From: Dokdonella sp.
GTDB taxonomy: Bacteria; Pseudomonadota; Gammaproteobacteria; Xanthomonadales; Rhodanobacteraceae
Reading direction: 5' to 3'
DNA: 64,000 bases
NCBI RefSeq assembly: GCF_019634775.1
Contig: NZ_JAHCAS010000001.1
Span: 1,616,894-1,680,893, forward strand
The translations under genes were made by a program, and so were the position numbers. This document shows positions 48,160 to 63,168 of this stretch, in pieces. The first letter of the stretch is position 1; each line of letters starts with the position of its first letter. Below the pieces are notes generated by a model. The model had not been told where the DNA came from. It did not search any database and saw only the letters and a list, made by a program, of their open reading frames with translations.

Positions 48160-50154
48160 ATGAGCACGATCCATTCGACGGCATCCTTGCGCGCAAGGAT
48201 CCGCCTGCTGTTGCCGATCCTGCTCGTGCTGGCCGGCATGCCCGTGGCGATCGCCGACCCGGTCCCGACCACCTTGCGCGACTTCCACGTCTCCGGAACC
48301 CAGTTCGGCGACGCGCATCCCGACAATTTCCAGTCGCCGGCCGTGTGCGAGGCCTGTCATGCGAATACCGGCAGCAGCGGCGAGCCCTATGCCAGTTGGA
48401 AGGGCAGCCTGATGGCGAACGGTGGCCGCGATCCGCTGTTCTTCGCCCAGCTCGCCACGGCCAATCAGGATGTCGCCAACGTCGGCTATTTCTGCCTGCG
48501 TTGCCACGTGCCGAACGCGGTGTCGAGCGGGCATGCCCTGGTCGCCGACGGCAGTACGCTCGATCATCGCGACCGCGACGGTGTCGATTGCCATTTCTGC
48601 CATTCGATGGTCGATCCCGACTACAAGCCGGGGGTGAGCCCGGCGCGCGACGCCGACATCCTCGCCGCGCTCGAATCAGTGCCTGCATTCACCGGCAACG
48701 CGATGTTCGTGCTCGATCCGGAAGGGCAGCGCCGCGGTCCGCGCACCGACGCCCAGCCATCGCACGAGTTGCTGGTCTCGCCGTACCACCGCGACAGCGC
48801 GCTGTGCGGTTCCTGTCACGATGTCGGCAACGTCGCGGTATCACGCCAACGCGACGGCACATACCGCTACAACGCCCTCGACACACCGCCGGACAGCGAG
48901 GATCTGGCGACCCACTTCCCGCTGGAGCGCACCTACACCGAATGGAAGCTCTCCGCCTTCGCTGCCGGCGGCGTCGACATGCAGGGCCGATTTGGTGGCG
49001 AGGGCGGCGGCGTCGTCTCGAGCTGCCAGGACTGCCACATGCCGGTGCGCGCGGGCTATGCGAGCTTCATCGGTCCCTTGCGCCCGGACCTGCGCAGCCA
49101 TGATTTTGCCGGTGCCTCGTCGTGGGTGCTCGACATCATCGGCCGCTACTACGCCAACGATCCCGCGGTCGACCAGGCCGCGCTGGCGGTCGGCATGGCT
49201 GCGGCCAACGACATGCTCGGTCGTGCCGCCTCGCTCGAACTCGCCCAGGACGGCGGCGGCGTGCTGCGCGCGCGCGTGATCAATGAGAGCGGCCACAAGC
49301 TGCCCACCGGACACATCGAAGGCCGGCGCGCCTGGGTGCAGGTGCGCCTGCGCGATGCCGACGGCAACCTGCTGCGCGAATACGGCGCCTACGATCCAGT
49401 CAGCGCCGAGCTCGATGAGCACTCGACCATCGTCTACGAGATGGCCGTGGCGCTGTCCGCCGAAGCCGCCGCGGCCACCGGCCAGGCGCCGGGACGCACC
49501 ACGCACATGGCGCTCGCCGACACCATCGACAAGGACACGCGCATTCCACCGCGCGGATTCACCAATGCCGCATTCGTCGCCGGCGGTGCGCCGGCGGTCG
49601 GCCGCCACTACGCGGATGGCCAGTACTGGGACGATGCGCGCTTCTGGATCCCGCCGGGCGCAGTCAGTGCCGAGGTCAACGTGCTGTACCAGACGGTCAC
49701 CCGCCACTACATCGAGGCCTTGCGCGACGGCAACCAGACCGACCACTGGGGCCAGACCCTGCATGACCTGTGGGAGCAGAGCGGTCGCGCCGCGCCGATC
49801 ACAATGGCCTCGGCAACGATCACCCTCGCTGGTTTCCTGCGCGGTGACTTCGACGGCAACGGCGTGCTCGATGCGGGCGATGCAGCACGCCTCACGCGAT
49901 GCCTCGAACCTGATGCCGATGCCGAGAGCTGTCGCGCCGGCGACTTCAACGGCGACGGTGTCATCGACTGCACCGATGCGGCGGCGATGGTCGCCGCATG
50001 GAGCGGACCCGATCCTGCGCCAGTCTTCGCCGCCTGCCGCGGCAGCGAGGCGATTGCGGTTCCGCTGCTGGATGCGCGCATGCTGGCCGTGCTGGCCGTG
50101 CTGTTGCTGCTCATTGGCGCAGCCAGGCTGCGGCCGCGCCGTCGCCGGACCTGA
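48160..50154 (+). CDS. Secreted pentaheme c-type cytochrome with dockerin-like Ca-binding repeats and C-terminal sorting-signal-like tail
   Basis: ORF 48091..50154, with ATG 48160 after GCGAGG. It has a signal peptide and five CxxCH motifs (CEACH, CLRCH, CHFCH, CGSCH, CQDCH). It also has GDFDGNGVLD and GDFNGDGVID repeats. The C-terminus is VPLLDARMLAVLAVLLLLIGAARLRPRRRRT. Confidence 0.85.
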   Translation: MSTIHSTASLRARIRLLLPILLVLAGMPVAIADPVPTTLRDFHVSGTQFGDAHPDNFQSPAVCEACHANTGSSGEPYASWKGSLMANGGRDPLFFAQLATANQDVANVGYFCLRCHVPNAVSSGHALVADGSTLDHRDRDGVDCHFCHSMVDPDYKPGVSPARDADILAALESVPAFTGNAMFVLDPEGQRRGPRTDAQPSHELLVSPYHRDSALCGSCHDVGNVAVSRQRDGTYRYNALDTPPDSEDLATHFPLERTYTEWKLSAFAAGGVDMQGRFGGEGGGVVSSCQDCHMPVRAGYASFIGPLRPDLRSHDFAGASSWVLDIIGRYYANDPAVDQAALAVGMAAANDMLGRAASLELAQDGGGVLRARVINESGHKLPTGHIEGRRAWVQVRLRDADGNLLREYGAYDPVSAELDEHSTIVYEMAVALSAEAAAATGQAPGRTTHMALADTIDKDTRIPPRGFTNAAFVAGGAPAVGRHYADGQYWDDARFWIPPGAVSAEVNVLYQTVTRHYIEALRDGNQTDHWGQTLHDLWEQSGRAAPITMASATITLAGFLRGDFDGNGVLDAGDAARLTRCLEPDADAESCRAGDFNGDGVIDCTDAAAMVAAWSGPDPAPVFAACRGSEAIAVPLLDARMLAVLAVLLLLIGAARLRPRRRRT

Positions 50155-50187
50155 GGCGCGCGGCCGGCCCGGTCCAATCCACCCGGA

Positions 50188-50478
50188 TCAGTCCGTCGAA
50201 GGTCCGCTGTCGCGGCCGCTGCGGCCTTGTTCGATCGGTGCGCAGAGGCGACCGTCGCGATCGACGACGATGCGCACGCGCCGGCGATCGAGGTAGAAGC
50301 TTGCACGATGGCGACCCGCGTCTTCGCCCGTGCCGCGCTCGCACAACTGGGTGATCCGCTGTTGTTCCATCAGCGTGCGGAAGGTGGCGACATCGAGCCC
50401 GAACGCCTGCGCGACGATCGCGCCATCGATCTCGATCTCCGGCGCCGGAGTGGTGTGCAGCGGGATGCGCTTGGCCAT
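50188..50478 (-). CDS. Small hypothetical protein (96 aa)
   Basis: ATG 50478 within ORF 50188..50787. Sequence: MAKRIPLHTTPAPEIEIDGAIVAQAFGLDVATFRTLMEQQRITQLCERGTGEDAGRHRASFYLDRRRVRIVVDRDG.. It vaguely recalls a small DUF family, but this is unverified. Confidence 0.45.
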   Translation of the reverse strand: MAKRIPLHTTPAPEIEIDGAIVAQAFGLDVATFRTLMEQQRITQLCERGTGEDAGRHRASFYLDRRRVRIVVDRDGRLCAPIEQGRSGRDSGPSTD

Positions 50479-50932
50479 GGCTCGGCCCGGATCAGTGGGA
50501 CTGAACGCGATGCTGCGCCCATGCCAGCGCGCGCGGCCCTGATCCAGGTCAGGTGACCGCATTTTTTCCGCGCGCCGTCGCGGCGGGGCCGGCAGCGCTG
50601 GCAGCGGCAGCGGTGCGCACGACGCCAGTGCGGGATTGATCGGGGCATCCTTCAGGCCCCGACGCGGATGGCGAGCCTTGCCATTGAGTCCTCCTGTTGG
50701 ATCATTTGGCCGTTTTGCGGATATTCGAGAACGCCACGTGATGGCGGGGTTCGCTGCGGGGCGCTGGTGGCCGGTCACTCTCCGCAAGCCCGGTCATGAT
50801 GGCAACATCGGCTGCAATCCAGCATGGCATCGCTGAAGGATCTGCCATGACGATACGGCGCTGAGAACGCAAAGCCCGCGCCGGGCCATCAAGGCCCGGC
50901 AGCAACGACATTACGCAAAGGAAAAGAACACG

Positions 50933-53804
<2,872 letters not shown>

Positions 53805-53808
<4 letters not shown>

Positions 53809-54029
53809 GCAACATCATCATTTTTGAAACCGATGACCGGCAGGTGCAGGTGCGGCTGGAAGGCGATGCCGTCTGGCTGCGCCAGGTGCCACAGCGGTTC
53901 GGCCGCGAGCGCTCGGTGCTGAAACGGCAGCGCTTCGAGCAGGATGCCGCCGCGCTGGCACAGGCATCCCGCCGCATCGGGCAGCCAGCCGTTCGTCTGT
54001 GGCGTCGTTGTTCCGGTCCCACGTGCTAG
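53805..54029 (+). pseudogene. 74-codon ORF with RhuM-family-like N-terminus; possible truncated remnant
   Basis: [32 protein letters not shown] resembles the first ~45 aa of RhuM-type proteins, which are often found inside type I R-M operons (from memory). The remainder is Arg-rich and ends at TAG 54027-29, inside a hairpin. It has an ATGA overlap with hsdS. Confidence 0.3.
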
Positions 54030-54030
54030 A

Positions 54031-54056
54031 GTTAAGCATAGAAGCCTATGCTTAAC
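54031..54056. repeat. Perfect 11-bp-stem hairpin GTTAAGCATAG-aagc-CTATGCTTAAC
   Basis: Read directly from the sequence. It is AT-rich relative to its context, lies immediately after the stub ORF stop, and is 11 nt upstream of the ATPase ATG. No T-run follows it. Confidence 0.85.
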
Positions 54057-54067
54057 GGCATTTCCGC

Positions 54068-55501
54068 ATGAAAGATGTTTCCAATCAACAGGTTGCAGAG
54101 CATCTTAAGCGCCTGAACCCGTGGTGGCAGAGCGGGGAAATGGATGCGGACACCTTGTCCCTGCATCCTCGCGCCTACCTGGGCCCGGTGCTGCGCTTGC
54201 TGCAGGAACCCAAGCTGCGCCGTGCGGTGGTGCTGCTCGGGCCGCGTCGGGTGGGCAAGACCATCCTGATCCGCCATCTGGTGGCCGACCTGCTGAAGCA
54301 GGGCGTGTCCGCGCAGCGCATCGACTACGTCGAGATGGATCACCCGCTGTTGCATGGGCAAACGCTGGAAGCGCTGATCCGCCAGATCGAGGAAGCCGCG
54401 CCCGGAGGCGATGGCACGCGCTACCTCTTCTTCGACGAAATCCAGTCGCACCGGGACTGGGAAAAACACCTCAAGCCACTGGTGGATCATCGGCCCGACC
54501 TGAAGATCCTGGTGTCCGGCTCGGCGGCCGCGGCGCTCAAGCGCCAGAGCACCGAATCCGGCGCGGGCCGCTTCACCGACTTCCTGCTGCCGCCGCTGAC
54601 GTTCTCCGAATACCTGCAGTTGCGCCAGGAGCCGGCGGCGATCATCGAGGAAGCGCCCGATCGGTATGCGCTGGTCGATATCACGCGCCTGAACGCGCAG
54701 TTCGCCGAGTACGTCAATTACGGCGGCTATCCGGAACTGGCGCTGTCGCCCACCGTGCGCGCCAACCCGGAGCGGTTCGTCAAGTCAGACATCGTGGACA
54801 AGGTGCTGCTGCGCGATCTGCCGCAGTTGTATGGCATCAAGGACATCCAGGAACTCAACTCGCTGTTCACCCTGCTGGCGTTCAACACCGCCGAGGAGGT
54901 TTCGTTCGAGCAGCTTTCGCAGCGCAGCGGCGTGGGCAAGCCAACCATCCAGAAATACATCGAGTATCTGGAGGCAGCCTTCCTCATCAAGCGCGTGTTC
55001 CGGGTGGATCAGGACGGCAAGCGCTATCAGCGCGAGCGTCACTTCAAGGTGTATCTGACCAACTCGGCGATGTACACCGGGCTGTTCGGCGCCCGGTCAG
55101 CGGACGACCCGGAATTCGGCCATCTGGTGGAAACGGCCCTGTTCGCGCAGCGCTTCCATGAGGATGCCCGGCTGAACTATGCCCGCTGGGGTAGTGAAGA
55201 TTGCGAGGTGGATCTGGTCGAATCCTCGCAGACACTCAAACCGGTTGCGGCGCTGGAAATCAAGTGGAGCGACAAGTTCGCGGACAGGCCGGAGGCGCTC
55301 AAGGGCTTGATGAAGTTCGTGCGTGGCAATCACCTGCCCCTGGCCTGGGCTACCACCCGAAGCAGGATCGAACAGCAAGTCATCGACGGCTGCGAGATTC
55401 GCCAATGGCCCGCCGCGGCGCTGGCATTCCACTATGGCGTGCGCGCCGTGCAAGGCCGGATGGCCGGCTATGAGGCGCAGATCAAGAGCATCACCGCATG
55501 A
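54068..55501 (+). CDS. AAA ATPase (AAA_14-like) with wHTH and DUF4143 / PD-(D/E)xK-like C-terminal domain
   Basis: 477 aa. Walker A is [10 protein letters not shown] (aa 56-65) and Walker B is YLFFDEIQ. An HTH-like segment reads [23 protein letters not shown]. The C-terminal segment [24 protein letters not shown] (aa 379-402) fits the D...E-x-K nuclease pattern. Confidence 0.85.
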   Translation: MKDVSNQQVAEHLKRLNPWWQSGEMDADTLSLHPRAYLGPVLRLLQEPKLRRAVVLLGPRRVGKTILIRHLVADLLKQGVSAQRIDYVEMDHPLLHGQTLEALIRQIEEAAPGGDGTRYLFFDEIQSHRDWEKHLKPLVDHRPDLKILVSGSAAAALKRQSTESGAGRFTDFLLPPLTFSEYLQLRQEPAAIIEEAPDRYALVDITRLNAQFAEYVNYGGYPELALSPTVRANPERFVKSDIVDKVLLRDLPQLYGIKDIQELNSLFTLLAFNTAEEVSFEQLSQRSGVGKPTIQKYIEYLEAAFLIKRVFRVDQDGKRYQRERHFKVYLTNSAMYTGLFGARSADDPEFGHLVETALFAQRFHEDARLNYARWGSEDCEVDLVESSQTLKPVAALEIKWSDKFADRPEALKGLMKFVRGNHLPLAWATTRSRIEQQVIDGCEIRQWPAAALAFHYGVRAVQGRMAGYEAQIKSITA

Positions 55502-55523
55502 CCAGCAACCCGGAGCGGATCTG

Positions 55524-58736
<3,213 letters not shown>

Positions 58737-59045
58737 TGGTGGTGGAGTGCGGGCGTTGTTTCGACGCTCCTCTTGCAAGCCTGCGCGCGTCGGCGCGGAC
58801 GTCGATGGCAACGGGCGTATGCGGGGGCGTTTCCGAGCTTGCCGCGCATTTCCGCAGCAACGAAAACTGCTGATGCAGCGAGGCAAGTTCTGGCGTGAGT
58901 GTTCAGCGGACGGCATGACGCGCGTGCGCGGATGTGCGGCGCGATCCTTGCCGTCGTCGGTTCGATTCCGCGTGTTGAATGCAATCGCGCCCTGCACCGA
59001 GCCAGTGCCAGTGCCAGTGCGGCGCAAATGCCTGACAATCCCCCC

Positions 59046-59693
59046 ATGTGCAATCGCTTCGTCTCACCCGCGCAGGAAGTGATCGAGGCGCACTGGGGCC
59101 TGGAACCCAGCGCCCAACCTGCGTGGGCGGCCTCGATTCATCCGCGCGCACTTGGCCCGTTCATTCGTGCCCGGGGCGACGGGCGCGAACTCATCGTCGG
59201 TCAGTGGGCGCTGATCCCGCACTTCGCCAAGACCGCGAAGTTGAACTACTCGACCAACAACGCCCGCGCGGAGGAACTGGCGCAGAAGGCCAGTTATCGC
59301 GATCCGTGGAAGCGCGGCCAGCGGTGCATCATCCCGGCCATGTCCTTCGACGAACCGAATTGGGAAACCGGCAAGAACGTGTGGTGGCGCTTCCACCGCG
59401 CCGACGGCACGCCGTGGGGGCTGGCGGGCATCTGGAATACCTGGATCGACCGCGCCACGGGCGAGGTGGTCGAAAGCTATTCGATGCTGACCCTCAACGC
59501 CGACGAGCACCCGCTGATGCGCCGGATGCACAAGCCCGATCCGGCCTATGGCCCCGACGAACAGGACAAACGTTCGGTCATTCCCATCGAGATCGGTGAT
59601 GTCGATGCGTGGTTGCATGGCAGCGTCGAGGAGGCGTCGCGGCTGCTGCGGCTTGCGCCTGTCGAGGTGTTTGCCGCTGCACCTGTTGCCTGA
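59046..59693 (+). CDS. SOS response-associated peptidase (SRAP / YedK-like)
   Basis: ATG 59046 within ORF 58899..59693. It begins MCNRF, with catalytic Cys2. Other motifs: ..STNNARAEEL.., SYRDPWKRGQRCIIPAMSFDEPNWE, WGLAGIWNTW. Confidence 0.85.
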   Translation: MCNRFVSPAQEVIEAHWGLEPSAQPAWAASIHPRALGPFIRARGDGRELIVGQWALIPHFAKTAKLNYSTNNARAEELAQKASYRDPWKRGQRCIIPAMSFDEPNWETGKNVWWRFHRADGTPWGLAGIWNTWIDRATGEVVESYSMLTLNADEHPLMRRMHKPDPAYGPDEQDKRSVIPIEIGDVDAWLHGSVEEASRLLRLAPVEVFAAAPVA

Positions 59694-59902
59694 AGGCGCG
59701 AACAGGCGAAGTTGGCGTAAGGATGCACTGATCAAACCCGCAATGGCTTCATGACATCCACAAGGATCGCTGCGTGGCGGGCGTGGCGATGTGGGCATCG
59801 CGGGCGGATCCGGCGGCCCGGCGACGGACCTGCCGCAGGCGCATGCTGCGCGGGACGGGCGAAGCGAACCGGCCGGCGACGGCGGGTTCGTTTGCATGAA
59901 GA

Positions 59903-59978
59903 TGGTGGCCAAGGGCGGAATCGAACCACCGACACGCGGATTTTCAATCCGCTGCTCTACCAACTGAGCTACTTGGCC
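59903..59978 (-). tRNA. tRNA-Phe (anticodon GAA), CCA encoded
   Basis: The reverse strand reads GGCCAAGTAGCTCAGTTGGTAGAGCAGCGGATTGAAAATCCGCGTGTCGGTGGTTCGATTCCGCCCTTGGCCACCA. It folds by hand into a cloverleaf with a 7-bp acceptor stem, the GCTC/GAGC D stem, the GCGGA/TCCGC anticodon stem, the loop TTGAAAA and a TTCGATT T-loop. Confidence 0.95.
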
Positions 59979-60028
59979 GTTGTGCTGTCGCGTTGCCACG
60001 GCGCGGGGGCCGGGGCGGAGGGGCGCGT

Positions 60029-60057
60029 ATTAGAGCGATTGGCCGCACTGGCGTCAA
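60029..60057 (-). promoter_or_regulatory. Candidate sigma70 promoter for tRNA-Phe
   Basis: The reverse strand reads TTGACG (60057-60052), a 17-nt spacer, then TCTAAT (60034-60029). This lies about 50 nt upstream of the mature tRNA 5' end. Confidence 0.45.
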
Positions 60058-60176
60058 GCTGCGTGCGCCTGCGTCGAATCGGCGCTGCTGTGCGTCCCTG
60101 CGAAGGCTGGCTGCATGCGGCACTTCGTGCAGGTGTGGGTGCGGCACCATCGAGATGGTCTGTGTGGTGTGGAGAA

Positions 60177-60593
60177 ATGATGATGACGATGTGGATGAGG
60201 ATGCTGGCCGGCGCGTTGCTGGCGTCGCTGCTGGCCGGCGCCGCGCAGGCGCAGACGCGCGAGCGGCAGCAGCAGCGGCTGGACGAGCTGATGCCCTATG
60301 TCGGTGAGCCGGTGGACAGCTTCCAATTCTGGAAGCTCACGCAATGGGAACTGGTCGGGGCGCAACAGGTGGTGGTCTGGCCACGCCTGCACGAGGCCTA
60401 TCTGTTGACCGTCGATGCGCCGTGCTCGGAACTGGAGTGGGCGAAATCGATCGCGCTGACGTCGTCGGTGCAGCGCGTGACAGCGCGTTTCGATGCCGTC
60501 AGGGTGGGCAAGGATCGCTGCCGGATCAACCAGATCAGGCGGATCGACATGAAGCGCTACCAGGCCGAGCGCAAGGCGTCGCGGGCGCAGTGA
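60177..60593 (+). CDS. Small periplasmic protein (DUF6491-like, tentative)
   Basis: Lies within ORF 59751..60593. There are clustered ATGs at 60177, 60180, 60183 and 60189 after GGAGA. Signal peptide: MMMTMWMRMLAGALLASLLAGAAQA. The C-terminus ..RFDAVRVGKDRCRINQIRRID recalls DUF6491, but this is unverified. Confidence 0.65.
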   Translation: MMMTMWMRMLAGALLASLLAGAAQAQTRERQQQRLDELMPYVGEPVDSFQFWKLTQWELVGAQQVVVWPRLHEAYLLTVDAPCSELEWAKSIALTSSVQRVTARFDAVRVGKDRCRINQIRRIDMKRYQAERKASRAQ

Positions 60594-60656
60594 TTGGCGG
60601 CTGCCGTGCCTGCCCGCCGCTTGCGGCATGCAGGGACGCAGGCCGGAGCGGCGGAT

Positions 60657-60923
60657 TCAGGCCGGTGGCACGTAGCCGGCCGGTTTCTCGGCGCCTTCGC
60701 CGAAGAAATACTTCTCCATCTCGCCGGCGAGGAAGTCGCGGGTCTTCTTTTCGAGCGGGTTCAGGCGATGCTCGTTGATGAGCATGGTCTGGTGGGCGAG
60801 CCAGCCGGCCCAGGCCTCTTTCGACACCTGTTCGTAGATGCGTCGGCCGAGTTCGCCGGGCCAGGGTGCGAAGGCAAGGCCTTCGGCTTCACGGTCGAGT
60901 TTCACGCAGTGCACGGTGCGCAT
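60657..60923 (-). CDS. yggX: Oxidative-damage protection / Fe(2+)-trafficking protein YggX
   Basis: 88 aa. The sequence [65 protein letters not shown] aligns along its whole length with E. coli YggX as I remember it. Confidence 0.92.
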   Translation of the reverse strand: MRTVHCVKLDREAEGLAFAPWPGELGRRIYEQVSKEAWAGWLAHQTMLINEHRLNPLEKKTRDFLAGEMEKYFFGEGAEKPAGYVPPA

Positions 60924-60959
60924 GGGCTGACGTCCTCGGGCAGGTGGGTCGGGGCTTGC

Positions 60960-61997
60960 TCAGAGCATTCCCAGTAGTTTGCGCACGGGCGCGGGCAGGC
61001 CGAGGCTGGCGAGTTCGGCCGGCGTCGACCAGCGCAGGATATCGCCGTCGGCGATGTGGCCGGGTGCAGGCGTCGCCTGCAGGCGCAGCGGGGTGATGCG
61101 CAGGCGATAGTGGCTGAACACGTGCAGCAGTTCCGGCAGGCGATGGCGCTCGCCGCGTGGACGGGTGTTTCGCCGCGCGAGTTCGTGCTCGATGTCGGTT
61201 TCGGCGCTGCATTCGGGCAGGCTCCACAGGCTGGCCCAGACGCCGGTCGGCGGGCGTCGTTCGAGCAGCACGCGGCCGGCTTCGTCGTGGACGATCAGCA
61301 TGGTCGTTGCGCGTTCGGGAATCGCGCGGCCGGGCTTCGGGGTTGGCAAGCGGGCGACTTCGCCCTCGCGCAGCGCGGCGCAGTCATTGCTGAGCGGACA
61401 TTCGGTGCAGCGAGGTCGCGCGCGCGTGCACACGGTGGCGCCGAAGTCCATGATCGCCTGCGTGTAATCGGCCGTGCGCGTGGCTGGGGTGTGCGTGTCG
61501 GCAAGTTCCCACAGGCGCTTCTGCACGGTGCTCGCGCCGGGCCAGCCGTGGACGCCGTGGACGCGCGCGAGCACGCGGCGCACGTTGCCGTCGAGGATCG
61601 CATGGCGGTCGCCGTGCACCTGGGCGAGGATCGCCGCGGCGGTCGAGCGGCCGATGCCGGGCAGGGCGGACAGCGCGGCCAGGTCGCGCGGCAGTTCGCC
61701 GCCGTGATGCTCGATGCACAGTCGTGCGCAGCGGTGCAGGTTGCGTGCGCGGCTGTAGTAGCCCAGGCCCGACCACAGCGCGAGCACCTGGTCGAGTGGT
61801 GCCGCGGCGAGCGCACCGAGATCGGGCAGGGCGGCGACGAAGCGTTGGAAATACCCGATCACCGTGCGTACCTGGGTCTGCTGCAGCATGACTTCGCTGA
61901 GCCAGACGCGATAGGCGTCGCGCGGGTGTTGCCAGGGCAGGTCGTGCCGGCCGTGCCGGTCGAACCAGGCGAGCAGGGCGCGCGCGAATCCGTCCAT
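60960..61997 (-). CDS. mutY: A/G-specific adenine DNA glycosylase
   Basis: ATG 61997 within the 784-aa ORF 60960..63314. Sequence: MDGFARALLAWFDRHGRHDLPWQ..YRVWLSEVMLQQTQV, LPGIGRSTAAAIL (HhH-GPD), and the Fe-S cluster CxxxxxxCxxCxxxxxC (CTRARPRCTECPLSNDC). It has a NUDIX-like C-terminus. Confidence 0.95.
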   Translation of the reverse strand: MDGFARALLAWFDRHGRHDLPWQHPRDAYRVWLSEVMLQQTQVRTVIGYFQRFVAALPDLGALAAAPLDQVLALWSGLGYYSRARNLHRCARLCIEHHGGELPRDLAALSALPGIGRSTAAAILAQVHGDRHAILDGNVRRVLARVHGVHGWPGASTVQKRLWELADTHTPATRTADYTQAIMDFGATVCTRARPRCTECPLSNDCAALREGEVARLPTPKPGRAIPERATTMLIVHDEAGRVLLERRPPTGVWASLWSLPECSAETDIEHELARRNTRPRGERHRLPELLHVFSHYRLRITPLRLQATPAPGHIADGDILRWSTPAELASLGLPAPVRKLLGML

Positions 61998-62008
61998 CGG
62001 GCGGCGTG

Positions 62009-63097
62009 CTACGCCGGCCCGGTCGCGCCGATGCTGGCCGGCAGCAGGCCGTCGACGAAGGCCTCCGCATCGAACGTGCGCAGGTCCTCGATGCCTTCGC
62101 CGAGGCCGACGTAGCGGATCGGCAGGCCGAATTCGCGCGCCAGGGCGAACACGACGCCGCCCTTGGCGGTGCCGTCGAGCTTGGTCACGACGAGGCCGCT
62201 CACGCCGATCGATTCGCGGAACTGGCGCACCTGGTTGACCGCGTTCTGGCCGGTGGTGCCATCGATGACCATCAACACCTCGTGCGGCGCCTCGGCATCG
62301 AGCTTGCCGAGCACGCGACGGATCTTGCCGAGTTCGTCCATCAGGCCGACCTGGGTGTGCAGACGGCCGGCCGTGTCGGCGATCAGCACGTCGGCGCCGC
62401 GGGAGCGCGCGGTCTGCAGCGCATCGAAGATCACGCTGGCCGAGTCGGCCCCCGAGCCTTGGGCAATGACCGGCACATGGTTGCGCTCGCCCCAGGTCTT
62501 CAGTTGCTCGACCGCGGCGGCACGGAAGGTGTCGCCGGCGGCGAGGATGATGCTGCGGCCCTCGGCCTGGAAACGCCGCGCGAGCTTGCCGATGGTGGTG
62601 GTCTTGCCGACGCCGTTGACCCCGACCATGAGCAGCACGAAGGGCTTGCGGCCGTCGACGACAAGCGGCTGCGCGACCGGCGCGAGCAGACGCGCGAGGT
62701 CCGCACGCAGGGCGGCGAGCAGGGCATTGGCGTCGGCGAATTCGCGCTTGCCTACGCGCTTGCGCAGGCCGTCGACGATCTCCGTCGCGGCACCGATGCC
62801 TACGTCGGCGGTGAGCAGGCAGGTCTCGAGTTCGTCGAGCAGGTCGTCGTCGAGCTTCGGATTGCGCGCGAACAGGCCGCTGAGACCGCGCGCGAAGGCG
62901 CTGCCGGACAGGCGCTCGCGCCAGCTGCGCCTTGCCGGCGCGGCTTCGGCTTCGACCGGAGCCGGTTCCTTGGCGATGGCGGAGGCGTGTTCTTCCGTGG
63001 CGGCGGTGGCATCGGCCACGACTTCGGCCTCGACCGGCGCCGGCGCGGATTCCGCGGGCACTGCCGGCGTTTCCTTTTTCTTCCAGAACTTCAGCAT
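62009..63097 (-). CDS. ftsY: Signal recognition particle receptor FtsY
   Basis: 362 aa with an acidic/Ala-Pro-rich N-terminus. NG domain motifs: [43 protein letters not shown]. Confidence 0.97.
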   Translation of the reverse strand: MLKFWKKKETPAVPAESAPAPVEAEVVADATAATEEHASAIAKEPAPVEAEAAPARRSWRERLSGSAFARGLSGLFARNPKLDDDLLDELETCLLTADVGIGAATEIVDGLRKRVGKREFADANALLAALRADLARLLAPVAQPLVVDGRKPFVLLMVGVNGVGKTTTIGKLARRFQAEGRSIILAAGDTFRAAAVEQLKTWGERNHVPVIAQGSGADSASVIFDALQTARSRGADVLIADTAGRLHTQVGLMDELGKIRRVLGKLDAEAPHEVLMVIDGTTGQNAVNQVRQFRESIGVSGLVVTKLDGTAKGGVVFALAREFGLPIRYVGLGEGIEDLRTFDAEAFVDGLLPASIGATGPA

Positions 63098-63168
63098 GGG
63101 GTGTGCGGGTGCGCTGGCGGGGTCGGCATGCTATCACTGCGCCTTTCGACCACGTGCGGACAGCAGTG

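Noticed and set aside
50765-50772. TGGTGGCC, identical to the first 8 nt of the tRNA-Phe 3' end on the + strand, considered as the distal att site of the island.
   Set aside because: An 8-nt match in GC-rich DNA is too weak to count as evidence. The flanking bases do not extend the match, and the composition shift seems to begin slightly earlier. I kept it only as a hypothesis inside the island feature.
58953-58972. The tRNA-like string GTCGTCGGTTCGATTCCGCG (17/20 identical to the T-arm region of tRNA-Phe), considered as a possible att duplicate or tRNA gene.
   Set aside because: It is in the opposite orientation to tRNA-Phe, so it is not a direct-repeat att. The flanks cannot be folded into acceptor, D or anticodon arms, and the T stem itself pairs only 3 bp. 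At most it is a decayed relic.
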